Position numbers and translations under genes: made by a program. This document shows positions 38,321-51,669 of a DNA stretch of 64,000 bases, piece after piece. The DNA comes from Antedon mediterranea (lineage: Eukaryota; Animalia; Echinodermata), in NCBI RefSeq assembly GCF_964355755.1, contig NC_092680.1, positions 12,214,001-12,278,000 on the forward strand. Reading direction: 5' to 3'. Each line of letters starts with the position of its first letter. Position 1 is the first letter of the stretch. The notes under the pieces were generated by a model. That model was not told where the DNA came from, ran no database searches, and saw only the letters and a program-made list of their open reading frames with translations.

Positions 38321-40264
38321 TTTACTTTGTAATTGTTTTTAAATACTTTAATTTTCGCTGTATGTCTTAATCCATGCTAATTTCTTAGCTTACTTGTGAT
38401 GCAAATCAAAGTTATATAGGTAAGTTATACATTTACATTTTTTTTTTGGTTGGCAATCCTGAATATATTAAGTTCAGACAACAAAAAGTCTGTAAATTTG
38501 CAGGTAACCTTTTATTTATAAAATTATTATAAAGTTTCATTTTTTGATAGATAATTAATAGTTTCAATTTAAAAATAAATGTGTACCTTTTATTGACAAA
38601 AACAATTCATTTTATCTATGCTGGAGAATTATAATTACCTAATTTCTACTACTAACTACTACATTTAGGTCAAATACAAAGTTCTCTTTATCCCAAATAA
38701 TTACTATTAATTTAGATAACCAATCCCAGACACTAATAAATAAAATTACTGTAATAACAATTGTAATATAATAATAATTATGTCATGGGTCAACTTTCGG
38801 ATCCTGAACTTTGTTTTCCAAGAATGGACTTATTTTTAATGTCATTAAAGTCTTTTTAACTTCTATAGAGCCATCTACAACAATGAGCCGGTTCAAGGCC
38901 TACATGTTAGAAACTTTAAAAATACCGGCAAAGCATGCAGCACAGGTCATAAAGGGGATAGAGGGAATTTGGAGTGAAGCAGGGGAGAAGGGATATTCTC
39001 CAAAGATATTAAAGACGTAACATTTTTTTATTACAATTATATTAATAGAAAAAGGAAGAAGCCAAACAATTTAAATTTCATTTAGCATTAAAATAAAAAG
39101 TTTTCTTAAATGTCAGCTATAGATTGTGAGTATAATGTATTATTGCCTGCTACCTTCATTTTCTTGAAGGAAGAAATAAATGTTAAGTTGAATTTGAATT
39201 GAATTTTAAACCATGTGAAGTTACCATGAATCACTCGATCCTAATTACTATAATGAAGATATTACATATTTTAATATTTGATTTTTGTGTATTGTACTCT
39301 TCTTTTCATTTTTTTAAAAATAATTGTTTAGTGCTGTTAGCCATTTACAATTGAAGCTTGCTGGCTCCACGTTAAGACACTACCTGTGCTCCTTTGTGAA
39401 AATATTGGACTACATTTCAATATACGAATCTAAATCTGTTTCGCTTGCCGAAATATACAAGTGCAAAGATGCATGCAAAGGCCTGAGCAAAGCTCTCAGA
39501 AAACGCATTTCTGAAGAGAAGGCCAAAAAGCACGAAGAAATTGAAGGTAACATCTACTGAATTAAAGTTTTTCTTTTCATCAAATGTTTGAAAGTCATAT
39601 TATTTAAATTGAAATAATAATAATAATATGTTTTAATTTTCTTTTAAGGTGATCTAGTTTCGGCGGACGAACAATCCCATTATCTCAGAAAATCTGAGAA
39701 AACAATTAAAAGCATAGTTGGTATGTTTTTTTATATATTATTTCTTTATCCATAAAATGTATTGATAATCATAAGATTTATCATATTGTATGTTATTAGG
39801 TAAAGACTAGGAGAAACTAGGAGAAATAACTATAACTAACCTTAATCCTAGCTTATTTAGTCATTGTGTTAGTAAAGGTAATTAGGTATAGGTAAAATGT
39901 TGATTATGATATTGTTCTAAGGTTCACCTGTATTTACCAGGACAAGGTCACTATGTAAATGATCAAAATCCTTTTACTAAACTAAGTACAGTAGTAGTTA
40001 ATTGATTTCCAAGTACCCTTAATCTATCTGGGTGCATTCTTGCACAATATTATTATGGTTGTCTGGCTGGCTATCCTTTTACTTTTACTATTGATATATA
40101 AAAATGTAGTATGTTACCTTTTATTTCAGGCATTGGATGATTGGCAATTTTAATTTTATTAAATTAAACTAGGAGAATGGGAAAAGTAAACTATTTTAAA
40201 GGCAAAAATATTCACACATAATTTTATAATAAATAAATAACCTTATTTCTGAACATTTACATCT

Positions 40265-42422
40265 AGTTCAAATCCTGATGTGTCATACATCATCCACTCA
40301 ATAACTGTGTATTTAATTTTTAATATTTTGTTTTAGTGGTTTATAGAATGTGTTAATCCATGCTAATCACTAAAATCTATTTCTTTTATAGAATACTATC
40401 ATAGCTCAGCTGGTAGAGCATCGGCACTCTTGTTGAAAGTCTCAGGTTAAAATCCTGATGTGGCATACACTTTCATATTAACATCATCCACCAGATAACT
40501 GCATGCATGTTTTTTTTTTGTTTAGTAGTTTATAGAATGTGTTTGTGTGTTTATTTTACTTTAATTTAATCTATGCTAATCACTCAGATTCAAATCCTGA
40601 TGTGGCATACACTTTCATATTAACATCATCCACCAGATAACTGCATGCATGTTTATTTGTTTAGTAGTTTATAGAATGTGTTAATCCATGCTAATCACTA
40701 AAATCTATTTCTTTTATAGAATGCTATCATAGCTCAGCTGGTAGAGCATCGGCACTCTTGTCGAAGGTCTCGGGTTCAAATCCTGATGTGGCATACACTT
40801 TCATATTAACATCATCCACCAGATAACTGCATGCATGTTTATTTGTTTAGTAGTTTATAGAATGTGTTTGTATGTTTGTTTTATTTTAATTTAATCTATG
40901 CTAATCACTCAGATTCAAATCCTGATGTGGCATACACTTTCATATCTAACATCATCCACCAGATAACTGCATGCATGTTTATTTATTTAGTAGTTTATAG
41001 AATGTGTTTGTGTGTTTGTTTTATTTTAATTTAATTTATGTTAATCACTCAGATTCAAATCTGATGTGGCATACACTTTCATATTAACATCATCCACCAG
41101 ATAACTGCATGAATGTTTATTTGTTTAGTAGTTTATAGAATGTGTTTGTATGTTTGTTTTATTTTAATTTAATCTATGCTAATCACTCAGATTCAAATCC
41201 TGATGTGGCATACACTTTCATATTAACATCATCCACCAGATAACTGCATGAATGTTTATTTGTTTAGTAGTTTATAGAATGTGTTTGTGTGTTTGTTTTT
41301 TTTAAATTTAATCTATGCTAATTTTTCGGATTCAAATCCTGATGTGGCATACACTTTCATATTAACATCATCCACCAGATAACTGCATGCATGTTTTTTG
41401 TTTAATAGTTTATAGAATGTGTTAATCCATGCTAATCACTAAAATCTATTTCTTTTATAGAATGCTATCATAGCTCAGCTGGTAGAGCATCGGCACTCTT
41501 GTCGAAGGTCTCGGGTTCAAATCCTGATGTGGCATACACTTTCATATCTCACATCATCAACCAGATAACTGCATGCATGTTTATTTATTCAGTACTTTAT
41601 AGAATGTGTTTGTGTGTTTATTTTTGTTAATTTAATCTATGCTAATCACTCGGATTCAAATCCTGATGTGGCATACACTTTCATATCTAACATCATCCAC
41701 CAGATAACTGCATGCATGTTTATTCGTTTAGTAGTTTATAGAATGTGTTTCAGTTTTTGTTTATTTTAATTTAATCTATACTAATTTTTCAAATTCAGAT
41801 GTGACATACACTTTCATATCTCACATCATCCACCAGATAACTGCATGCATGTTTATTTGTTTAGTAGTTTATAGAATGTGTTTGTGTGTTTGTTTTATTT
41901 TAGTTTAATCTATGCTAATTTTTCAGATTCAAATCCTGATATGGCATACACTTTCATATCTCACATCATCCACCAGATTACTGCATGCATGTTTATTTGT
42001 TTAGTAGTTTATAGAATGTGTTTGTGTGTTTATTTTACTTTAATTTAATCTATGCTAATCACTCAGATTTAATTCATGATGTGGCATACACTTTCATATC
42101 TCACATCATCCACCAGATAACTGCATGCATGTTTATTTATTTAGTAGTTTATATAATGTGTTTGTATGTTTGTTTTATTTTAATTTAATCTATGCTAATC
42201 ACTCAGATTCAAATCCTGATGTGGCATACACTTTCATATTAACATCATCCACCAGATAACTGCATGCATGTTTTTGTTTAGTAGTTTATAGAATGTGTTA
42301 ATCCATGCTAATCACTAAAATTTATTTCTTGTATAGAATGCTAACATAGCTCAGCTGGTAGAGCATCGGCACTCTAGTCGAAGGTCTCCGGTTCAAATCC
42401 TGATCTGGCATACACTTTCATT
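40265..42422 (+). repeat. tRNA-derived tandem array 2
   Basis: Same unit; tRNA-like heads at 40395, 40723, 41464 and 42340. Confidence 0.92.
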
Positions 42423-43744
42423 TTTATTTTGTTTTAGTAGCCACGCAATCCCGGGAGACGGCTGTAAGAGCCCACAATCTTATAGCAGCAAACCGTCAAC
42501 TCGGGAGAAGTGGGGTAAGATTTAATTTCTGTCTAAAATGTTTGTATCCCGAAAGATGTTTATTTTTTATTGAAACATAACATAATATAAAGAATATATC
42601 TAACACTTTAATAATTAGCAATCAACAAGAAAACAAACATTGCATCTATTAACTAAAATTTTACTTTACTTTTTTTAATGTGCTATGTACACTTTTTCAG
42701 AATATAAATGAAACTGCTGATGTCCAGGTAAGGATGGCCATTACTTTCATATAAAAAACAAAAGAATGCAAACTGTATAATTTATGTGTTTTATAAATGC
42801 TGTATAACTACCAATTAAAGGAACACAATTTCGCATCTTAAATCATTTTAATATTAAGCTTTTATTATCCCAAATGCAATACATACTTCACTTTAAGGTA
42901 TATCTTTTCTAGGTTGCATTTTCAAGTGTGGAGGACACCATAGATGAAATGCTGGTAAGATACAATTTTCACATAAATATATATTTTTCCAGTGTCCATT
43001 TATTTACAGGACTGAATTCTATGTAATCATTATTATTATCTTGTATACCTCTTTACGAATAATGAAACAAGTAATGGTATTATGTACAATATTATTTTAC
43101 ATTCACCAGGAAATTTCTCAAGCACATGCGAATGAAGCGCCATCATCTGTAAGTATTCAATAATTGTTAATAAGGACACATTTGTAAAGCATCAAACTAA
43201 TATTGCCAGACCACACTCCAGTCCACACTCTTTTTAATTGGTACTGCAATATATGGTCAACGTTGATGTAGTATTTTTAAACAATTTGTATGAGTACTGT
43301 ACATTATCGTTTTAGTACTGCAGTATGATTCCTTGGGTGATGGTAGGATTTTGAGTCTCCCAATATATTGCACTAATGTTTTTACCAGGTCAGCAAAGTT
43401 TCCTGGTATATTTGGCTTTACTGTACTTGTTTAATTAGTTTTTATTTCAGGTCAGCAAAATGTCCCTTGTACTTGTATGGACATTCTTTAACTGTTTTTA
43501 TCAGGTCTTGGTATCTCAAAAAACAGGAAAATGTTTACTTTTTAAATTTGCACATTACTCTTTGTATTCTCTAGTTTGTATGCTTAGTTAATTTATTTAT
43601 ACAAACTAATTTGAGGCCTCCCCAAGATAACTTCTGTAGTTTCTAAAGTAATTGTTCAAATCCTCACTTTGCAGTTGTATATTGTTTAAATGTAGTAGTT
43701 TTCAGAATGATTTTTCCATACTAAATATCAACATCTTCTTCTGT

Positions 43745-44531
43745 TATAGAATGCTATCATAGCTCAGTTGGTAGCTTAGTAGTTTATAGAATGTGTTTGT
43801 GCTTTTTTTTTTATTTAATCTATACTAATTTTTCAGATTCAACGCCTGATATGGCATACACTTTCATATCTCACATCATCCACCAGATAACTGCATGCAT
43901 GTTTATTTGTTTAGTAGTTTATAGAATGTGTTTGTGTGTTTGTTTTATTTTAGTTTAATCTATGCTAATTTTTCAGATTCAAATCCTGATGTGGCATACA
44001 CCTTCATATTAACATCATCCACCAGATAACTGCATGCACGTTTTTTGTTTGTTTAGTGGTTTATAGAATGTGTTGATCCATGCTAATCACTAAAATCTAT
44101 TTCTTTTATAGGATGCTATCATAGCTCAGCTTGTAGAGCATCGGCACTCTGGTCTCGGGTTCAAATCCTGATGTGCCATACACTTTCATATTAACATCAT
44201 CCACCAGATAACTGCATGCACGTTTTTTGTTTGTTTAGTGGTTTATAGAATGTGTTAATCCATGCTAATCACTAAAATCTATTTCTTTTATAGGATGCTA
44301 TCATAGCTCAGCTGGTAGAGCATCGACACTCTTGTCTCGGGTTGAAATCCTGATGTGGCATACACTTTTATTTTAACATCAACCACCAAATAACTGCATG
44401 CATTTTTAGTTTTGTGTAGTACTGAGTTTATAGAATGTGTTTATTTTATTTTAATTTAATCTATGCTAATCACCCATAATCAAATCCATATGTGGCATAC
44501 AATTTCATATTAACATCATCCACCAGATAAT
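43745..44531 (+). repeat. tRNA-derived tandem array 3 (more decayed)
   Basis: Same unit; heads at 43753 (truncated), 44115 and 44297 (deletions in the anticodon/variable region). Confidence 0.88.
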
Positions 44532-45071
44532 CTTACAAGCACTTTAATTACTCCTGGTATTATTGTCATTATTATTGTTATCTAAAACATCAATACAATT
44601 CTCATTTGAAATACTTAAAGTACATTTTCTGTAAAACTTATTTCACCTATTAATTTGACTTTATTATTTTTCTACTTTCAATATAACTAGTCTGTAAGCC
44701 ATCCTCTAAGCAAACATGGCCCAAAGTCGAAATTCGACAACCAAGACGTTATGGACGCTGTATTTAAATTGTTTGGCAGACAAATAGAAGAGGGTCATGT
44801 GCCAAAAAGAACAGTATGTTTAATGTTTATGTATTATCTATTTAATTGTAATAATCACCATCACATTATTAAATACAATTTTTATTTTTTTTTGTAGGCA
44901 AGAGAAGTCTATAACAAAAATCCAGTTCTCCATTACTATGAATTTAAACAGTTATATGACAAAATGAGGAGGATCCATCCAAAGGTAGGTTTATGTTTTT
45001 AATTTCAGTGGCATGCAGTAGCAAGAAATTATTTAAAAGCATTGCAAGTTTTCTATAGAACTATGAAGATT

Positions 45072-48000
45072 TGCAAATACATAGTAGAATAATCAGTGAA
45101 TTGTCTAGTCAAAATGTAGTTGATTAGTCAGTAACAGTTTAGAGAATTTAAACTGTAAATACATAGTAGAATAATCAGTGAATTGTCTAGTCAAAAGGCA
45201 GTTGATTAGTCAGTAACAGTTTAGAGAATTTAAACTGCAAATACATAGTAGAATAATCAGTGAATTGTTTAGTCAAAAGACCGTTTATTATTCAGTAACA
45301 GTTTAGAGAATTTAAACTGCAAATACATAGTAGAATAATCAGTGAATTGTCTAGTCAAAATGTAGTTGATTAGTCAGTAACAGTCTAGATAATTTAAACT
45401 GCAAATACATAGTAGAATAATCAGTGAATTGTCTAGTCGAAATGTAGTTGATTAGTCAGTAACAGTTTAGAGAATTTAAACTGCAAATACATAGTAGAAT
45501 AATCAGTGAATTGTTTAGTCAAAAGTAGTTGATTAGTCAGTAACAGTTTAGATAATTTAAACTGCAAATACATAGTAGAATAATCAGTGAATTGTCTAGT
45601 CGAAATGTAGTTGATTAGTCAGTAACAGTTTAGATAATTTAAACTGCAAATACATAGTAGAATAATCAGTGAATTGTCTAGTCAAAAGTAGTTGATTAGT
45701 CAGTAACAGTTTAGATAATTTAAACTGCAAATACATAGTAGAATAATCAGTGAATTGTCTAGTCAAAAGTAGTTGATTAGTCAGTAACAGTTTAGATAAT
45801 TTAAACTGTGTGTAAATAGTACAATAATCAATGAATTGTCTAGTCAAAATACAGTTGATTATTCAGTAACAGTTTAGAGAATTTAAACTGCAAATACATA
45901 GTAGAATAATCAGTGAATTGTCTAGTCAAAATGTAGTTGATTAGTCAGTAACAGTTTAGATAATTTAAACTGCAAATACATAGTAGAATAATCAGTGAAT
46001 TGTCTAGTCAAAAGTAGTTGATTAGTCAGTAACAGTTTAGAGAATTTAAACTGCAAATACATAGTAGAATAATCAGTGAATTGTCTAGTCAAAATGTAGT
46101 TGATTAGTCAGTAACAGTTTAGGGAATTTAAACTGCAAATACATAGTAGAATAATCAGTGAATTGTCTAGTCAAAATGTAGTTGATTAGTCAGTAACAGT
46201 TTAGGGAATTTAAACTGTGTGTAAATAGTAGAATAATCAGTGAATTGTCTAGTCAAAAGACCGTTTATTATTCAGTAACAGTTTAGATAATTTAAACTGC
46301 AAATACATAGTAGAATAATCAGTGAATTGTCTAGTCAAAAGGCAGTTGATTAGTCAGTAACAGTTTAGAGAATTTAAACTGTGTCTAAATAGTACAATAA
46401 TCAATGAATTGTCTAGTCAAAAGACCGTTTATTATTCAGTAACAGTTTAGAGAATTTAAACTGCAAATACATAGTAGAATAATCAGTGAATTTTTTAGTC
46501 AAAAGACAGTTGATTATTCAGTAACACTTAACAGTTTAGAGAATTTAAACTGCAAATACATATTAGAATAATCAGTGAATTGTTTAGTCAAAATGTAGTT
46601 GATTAGTCAGTAACAGTTTAGAGAATTTAAACTGCAAATACATAGTAGAATAATCAGTGAATTGTCTAGTCAAAATGTAGTTGATTAGTCAGTAACAGTT
46701 TAGATAATTTAAACTGCAAATACATAGTAGAATAATCAGTGAATTGTCTAGTCGAAATGTAGTTGATTAATCAGTAACAGTTTAGAGAATTTAAACTGCA
46801 AATACATAGTAGAATAATAAGTGAATTGTCTAGTCAAAAGTAGTTGATTAGTCAGTAACAGTTTAGATAATTTAAACTGCAAATACATAGTAGAATAATC
46901 AGTGAATTGTCTAGTCAAAAGTAGTTGATTAGTCAGTAACAGTTTAGATAATTTAAACTGTGTGTAAATAGTACAATAATCAATGAATTGTCTAGTCAAA
47001 ATACAGTTGATTATTCAGTAACAGTTTAGAGAATTTAAACTGCAAATACATAGTAGAATAATCAGTGAATTTTTTAGTCAAAAGACAGTTGATTATTCAG
47101 TAACAGTTTAGAGAATTTAAACTGCAAATACATAGTAGAATAATCAGTGAATTTTTTAGTCAAAAGACAGTTGATTATTCAGTAACAGTTTAGAGAATTT
47201 AAACTGCAAATACATAGTAGAATAATCAGTGAATTTTTTAGTCAAAAGACAGTTGATTATTCAGTAACAGTTTAGAGAATTTAAACTGCAAACACATAGA
47301 ATAATCAGTGAATTGTCTAGTCAAAAGACAGTTGATTATTCAGTAACAGTTTAGATAATTTAAACTGCAAATACATAGTAGAATAATCAGTGAATTGTCT
47401 AGTCAAAATGTAGTTGATTAGTCAGTAACAGTTTAGATAATTTAAACTGCAAATACATAGTAGAATAATCAGTGAATTGTCTAGTCAAAAGACAGTTGAT
47501 TATTCAGTAACAGTTTAGAGAATTTAAACTGTAAATACATAGTAGAATAATCAGTGAATTGTTTAGTCAAAAGACCGTTTATTATTCAGTAACAGTTTAT
47601 AGAATTTAAACTGCAAATACATAGTAGAATAATCAGTGAATTGTTTAGTCAAAATACAGTTGATTATTCAGTAACAGTTTAGATAATTTAAACTGCAAAT
47701 ACATAGTAGAATAATCAGTGAATTGTTTAGTCAAAAGACAGTTGATTAGTCAGTAACAGTTTAGGGAATTTAAACTGTGTGTAAATAGTAGAATAATCAG
47801 TGAATTGTCTAGTCAAAAGACCGTTTATTATTCAGTAACAGTTTAGATAATTTAAACTGCAAATACATAGTAGAATAATCAGTGAATTGTTTAGTCAAAA
47901 GACAGTTGATTAGTCAGTAACAGTTTAGGGAATTTAAACTGTGTGTAAATAGTAGAATAATCAGTGAATTGTCTAGTCAAAAGACCGTTTATTATTCAGT

Positions 48001-49647
48001 AACAGTTTAGATAATTTAAACTGCAAATACATAGTAGAATAATCAGTGAATTGTTTAGTCAAAAGACAGTTGATTAGTCAGTAACAGTTTAGGGAATTTA
48101 AACTGTGTGTAAATAGTAGAATAATCAGTGAATTGTCTAGTCAAAAGACCGTTTATTATTCAGTAACAGTTTAGATAATTTAAACTGCAAATACATAGTA
48201 GAATAATCAGTGAATTGTTTAGTCAAAAGACAGTTGATTAGTCAGTAACAGTTTAGAGAATTTAAACTGTGTGTAAATAGTAGAATAATCAATGAATTGT
48301 TTAGTCAAAATACAGTTGATTATTCAGTAACAGTTTAGAGAATTTAAACTATGTGTAAATAGTAGAATAATCAATGAATTGTCTAGTCAAAATACAGTTG
48401 ATTATTCAGTAACAGTTTAGAGAATTTAAACTGCAAATACATAGTAGAATAATCAGTGAATTGTCTAGTCAAAATGTAGTTGATTAGTCAGTAACAGTTT
48501 AGAGAATTTAAACTGCAAATACATAGTAGAATAATCAGTGAATTGTCTAGTCAAAATGTAGTTGATTATTCAGTAACAGTTTAGATAATTTAAACTGTAA
48601 ATACATAGTAGAATAATCAGTGAATTGTTTAGTCAAAAGACCGTTTATTATTCAGTAACAGTTTAGAGAATTTAAACTGCAAATACATAGTAGAATAATC
48701 AGTGAATTGTCTAGTCGAAATGTAGTTGATTAGTCAGTAACAGTTTAGAGAATTTAAACTGCAAATACATAGTAGAATAATCAGTGAATTGTCTAGTCAA
48801 AAGTAGTTGATTAGTCAGTAACAGTTTAGATAATTTAAACTGCAAATACATAGTAGAATAATCAGTGAATTGTTTAGTCAAAAGACAGTTGATTATTCAG
48901 TAACAGTTTAGAGAATTTAAACTGCAAATACATAGTAGAATAATCAGTGAATTGTTTAGTCAAAAGACAGTTGATTATTCAGTAACAGTTTAGAGAATTT
49001 AAACTGCAAATACATAGTAGAATAATCAGTGAATTGTTTAGTCAAAAGACAGTTGATTAGTCAGTAACAGTTTAGAGAATTTAAAATCCAAATACATAGT
49101 AGAATAATCAGTGAATTGTCTAGTCAAAATGTAGTTGATTAATCAGTAACAGTTTAGAGAATTTAAACTGTAAATACATAGTAGAATAATCAGTGAATTG
49201 TTTAGTCAAAAGACCGTTTATTATTCAGTAACAGTTTAGAGAATTTAAACTGTAAATACATAGTAGAATAATCAGTGAATTGTTTAGTCAAAAGACAGTT
49301 GATTATTCAGTAACAGTTTAGAGAATTTAAACTGTAAATACATAGTAGAATAATCAGTGAATTGTTTAGTCAAAAGACAGTTGATTATTCAGTAACAGTT
49401 TAGATAATTTAAACTGCAAATACATAGTAGAATAATCAGTGAATTGTCTAGTCAAAAGTAGTTGATTAGTCAGTAACAGTTTAGAGAATTTAAACTGCAA
49501 ATACATAGTAGAATAATAAGTGAATTGTCTAGTCAAAAGACAGTTGATTATTCAGTAACAGTTTAGAGAATTTAAACTGCAAATACATAGTAGAATAATC
49601 AATGGACTGTATAGTCAAAATGTAGTCAGTAACAGTTTAGATAATTT
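45072..49647. repeat. 81-82-bp satellite, ~56 copies
   Basis: Unit AAACTGCAAATACATAGTAGAATAATCAGTGAATTGTCTAGTCAAAATGTAGTTGATTAGTCAGTAACAGTTTAGAGAATTT; AACTG at 45151, 45233 and 45315. Confidence 0.97.
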
Positions 49648-50156
49648 CCAAGGATATCCTTATAACCCTTTTTAAAAATTGGAGTCACTTGTGCCACCTT
49701 CAAGTCATCATGAAAAACACCTGTGACAAGTTATAAGTTAATAATATATGTTAATGGCTTTGCAATAACAATAGATGAATCCTTAATTAATCTAGCAGAT
49801 AACTGGTCATGTCAAGTGGACTTTTTTATATCTATATTTCTTAATAATTCTTTAAATTCTAAAACAGGTTTCCAAAATAAAAGAGGAACTAATTGAATTT
49901 TTCAAATAATCATTGGAACTTTTTTGAGAACAATCAATCTTGCTTGCTAATTTCTGCCGATATTTACAAAATAATCATTAAACAAGTCGGCTTTTTGTTC
50001 ATTGGAATTACATTCAATATTAACATCATTTAATGATTCTTTAAGTTTATCTGGAATAATTGCATGAACAGTCTGACTTTTGCCTTTAAGAATACTATTT
50101 ATAATTCCCCCATGTTTTAGTAGTATTACTTTTTGTTTTTTACTTTTCATAAACAA
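49641..50156 (-). mobile_element. Degenerate LINE ORF2 fragment (CR1/L2 group), region upstream of the RT core
   Basis: Minus-strand peptides IINSILKG..KADLFNDYFVNIG and IAKPLTYIINL*LVTGVFHDDLKVAQVTPIFKKGYKDILGNY, with stops and frameshifts. Confidence 0.8.
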
Positions 50157-50161
50157 ATCAC

Positions 50162-51305
50162 CATTTAAACCATGGAGTTATATTTACTCCATGTTTAAAC
50201 AAAACGTGTGTGGTTTTTTAGATATTAGTTGCTTAGTTGATTTAAACAAAACATGTGTCATGATTTAATCAGTAATTGTTGAACTGATTTAAACCATGGA
50301 GTTATATTTACTCCATGTTTAAACAAAACATGTGTGGTTTTTTAGACATTAGTTGCTTAGTTGATTTAAACAAAACATGTGTCATGGTTTAATAAGTAAG
50401 TGTTGAACTGATTTAAACAAAACATGTGTCATGGTTTAATCAGTAATTGTTGACCTGATTTAAACAAAACATATGTCATGGTTTAATCATTAATTGTTGA
50501 CCTGATTTAAACAAAACATGTGTTGTGGTTTAATCAGTTTGCTTAGTTGATTTAAACAAAACATGTGTCATGGTTTAATCAGTAATTGTTGAACTGATTT
50601 AAACCATGGAGTTATATTTACTCCATGTTTAAACAAAACATGTGTGGTTTTTTAGACATTAGTTGCTTAGTTGATTTAAACAAAACATGTGTCATGGATA
50701 AGTAATTGTTGACCTGATTTAAACAAAACATATGTCATGGTTTAATCAGTAATTGTTGACCTGATTTAAACAAAACATGTGTGGTGGTTTAATCAGTTTG
50801 CTTAGTTGATTTAAACAAAACATGTGTCCTGGTTTAATCAGTAATTGTTGAACTGATTTAAACCATAGAGTTATATTTACTCCATGTTTAAACAAAACAT
50901 GTGTGGTTTTTTAGACATTAGTTGCTTAGTTGATTTAAACAAAACATGTGTCATGGATAAGTAATTGTTGACCTGATTTAAACAAAACATATGTCATGGT
51001 TTAATCAGTAATTGTTGACCTGATTTAAACAAAACATGTGTGGTGGTTTAATCAGTTTGCTTAGTTGATTTAAACAAAACATGTGTCCTGGTTTAATCAG
51101 TAATTGTTGAACTGATTTAAACCATAGAGTTATATTTACTCCATGTTTAAACAAATCATGTGTGGTTTTTTAGACATTAGTTGCTTAGTTGATTTAAACA
51201 AAACATGTGTCATAGTTTAATCAGTAATTGCTGACCTGATTTAAACAAAACATGTGTCATGGTTTAATCAGAATTGTTGAACTGATTTAAACAACATATG
51301 TACTG
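50162..51305. repeat. Composite minisatellite (~47-bp sub-units, ~259-bp higher-order unit)
   Basis: GATTTAAACAAAACATGTGTCATGGTTTAATCAGTAATTGTTGA(A/C)CT sub-units; hairpin variant AAACCAT(G/A)GAGT.. at 50601, 50860 and 51119 (period 259). Related sequence reappears at ~52900-52980. Confidence 0.9.
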
Positions 51306-51311
51306 TGGTTA

Positions 51312-51668
51312 TTTAGGGTATGTCCAGACTCTTGGCCTAACACTTAAATTGTTACAAAACCATTGGTGTTGAAAAAGCTGTATATGGTTTTGACCGTTCA
51401 GTTAGGAACCTTCTACATCAATCTAATTTCGTTATAAATTTAGTAGTACCAACCCTGCCTATTATTTCATTTATCCGTGGCATTGGATATGCATTTTTTT
51501 GTAATTCATGTTAAAGCGAGCTGTACCGTCCCGTTTTGGACAGTGAGACTCTTCTTTTACTTTGCCTAACTTAGCCTGATGAATTGGATAAGCTTTTTGT
51601 CTAACTGGGTGTACGTCATGCTTTATTACAGTAGTTTTTCCATGCAAATTTTCAGTTATTATGAACAT
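51312..51668 (-). mobile_element. Degenerate Gypsy RT fragment
   Basis: Minus-strand peptides PVRQKAYPI, KRDGTARF, GTTKFITKLD and LTERSKPYTAFSTP. Confidence 0.75.
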
Positions 51669-51669
51669 T

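Larger units (their letters stand above)
33071..44984 (+). pseudogene. Multi-exon gene: acidic region, two C2H2-like fingers, tyrosine-recombinase-like N-terminal helical region, C-terminal HTH-like tail; catalytic core absent
   Basis: GT-AG exons read by hand: 33071-33094 (MDRFCNSP), 33901-33927, 34411-34620 (poly-E), 34809-34838, 35380-35507 (CILC..H..H), ~35856-35970 (CSVPGC..H..H), 38869-39016, 39332-39546 (STLRHYLCSFVKILDY), 39649-39720, 42438-42514, 42701-42727, 42913-42954, 43110-43148, 44691-44813, 44898-44984 (KQLYDKMRR). Most junctions are phase-compatible; apparent homopolymer frameshifts at ~33575 and ~35880. The YR-family call is inference. Confidence 0.6.

Noticed and set aside
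37129-44370. Functional tRNA gene cluster
   Set aside because: 6-nt anticodon loop, defective acceptor stem, no immediate T4 terminator, and embedding in tandem repeats.
36290-44531. Repeat units as tandemly duplicated coding exons (each has a CTAAT..YAG acceptor-like site)
   Set aside because: All three frames after the acceptor of the short unit hit stops within ~55 nt and there is no convincing donor.
45596-46999. Two 83-aa repeat ORFs
   Set aside because: Arise from consecutive 81-bp (3n) satellite units.
45072-51305. CRISPR-like arrays
   Set aside because: No unique spacers, no cas genes, eukaryotic context; these are plain tandem repeats.
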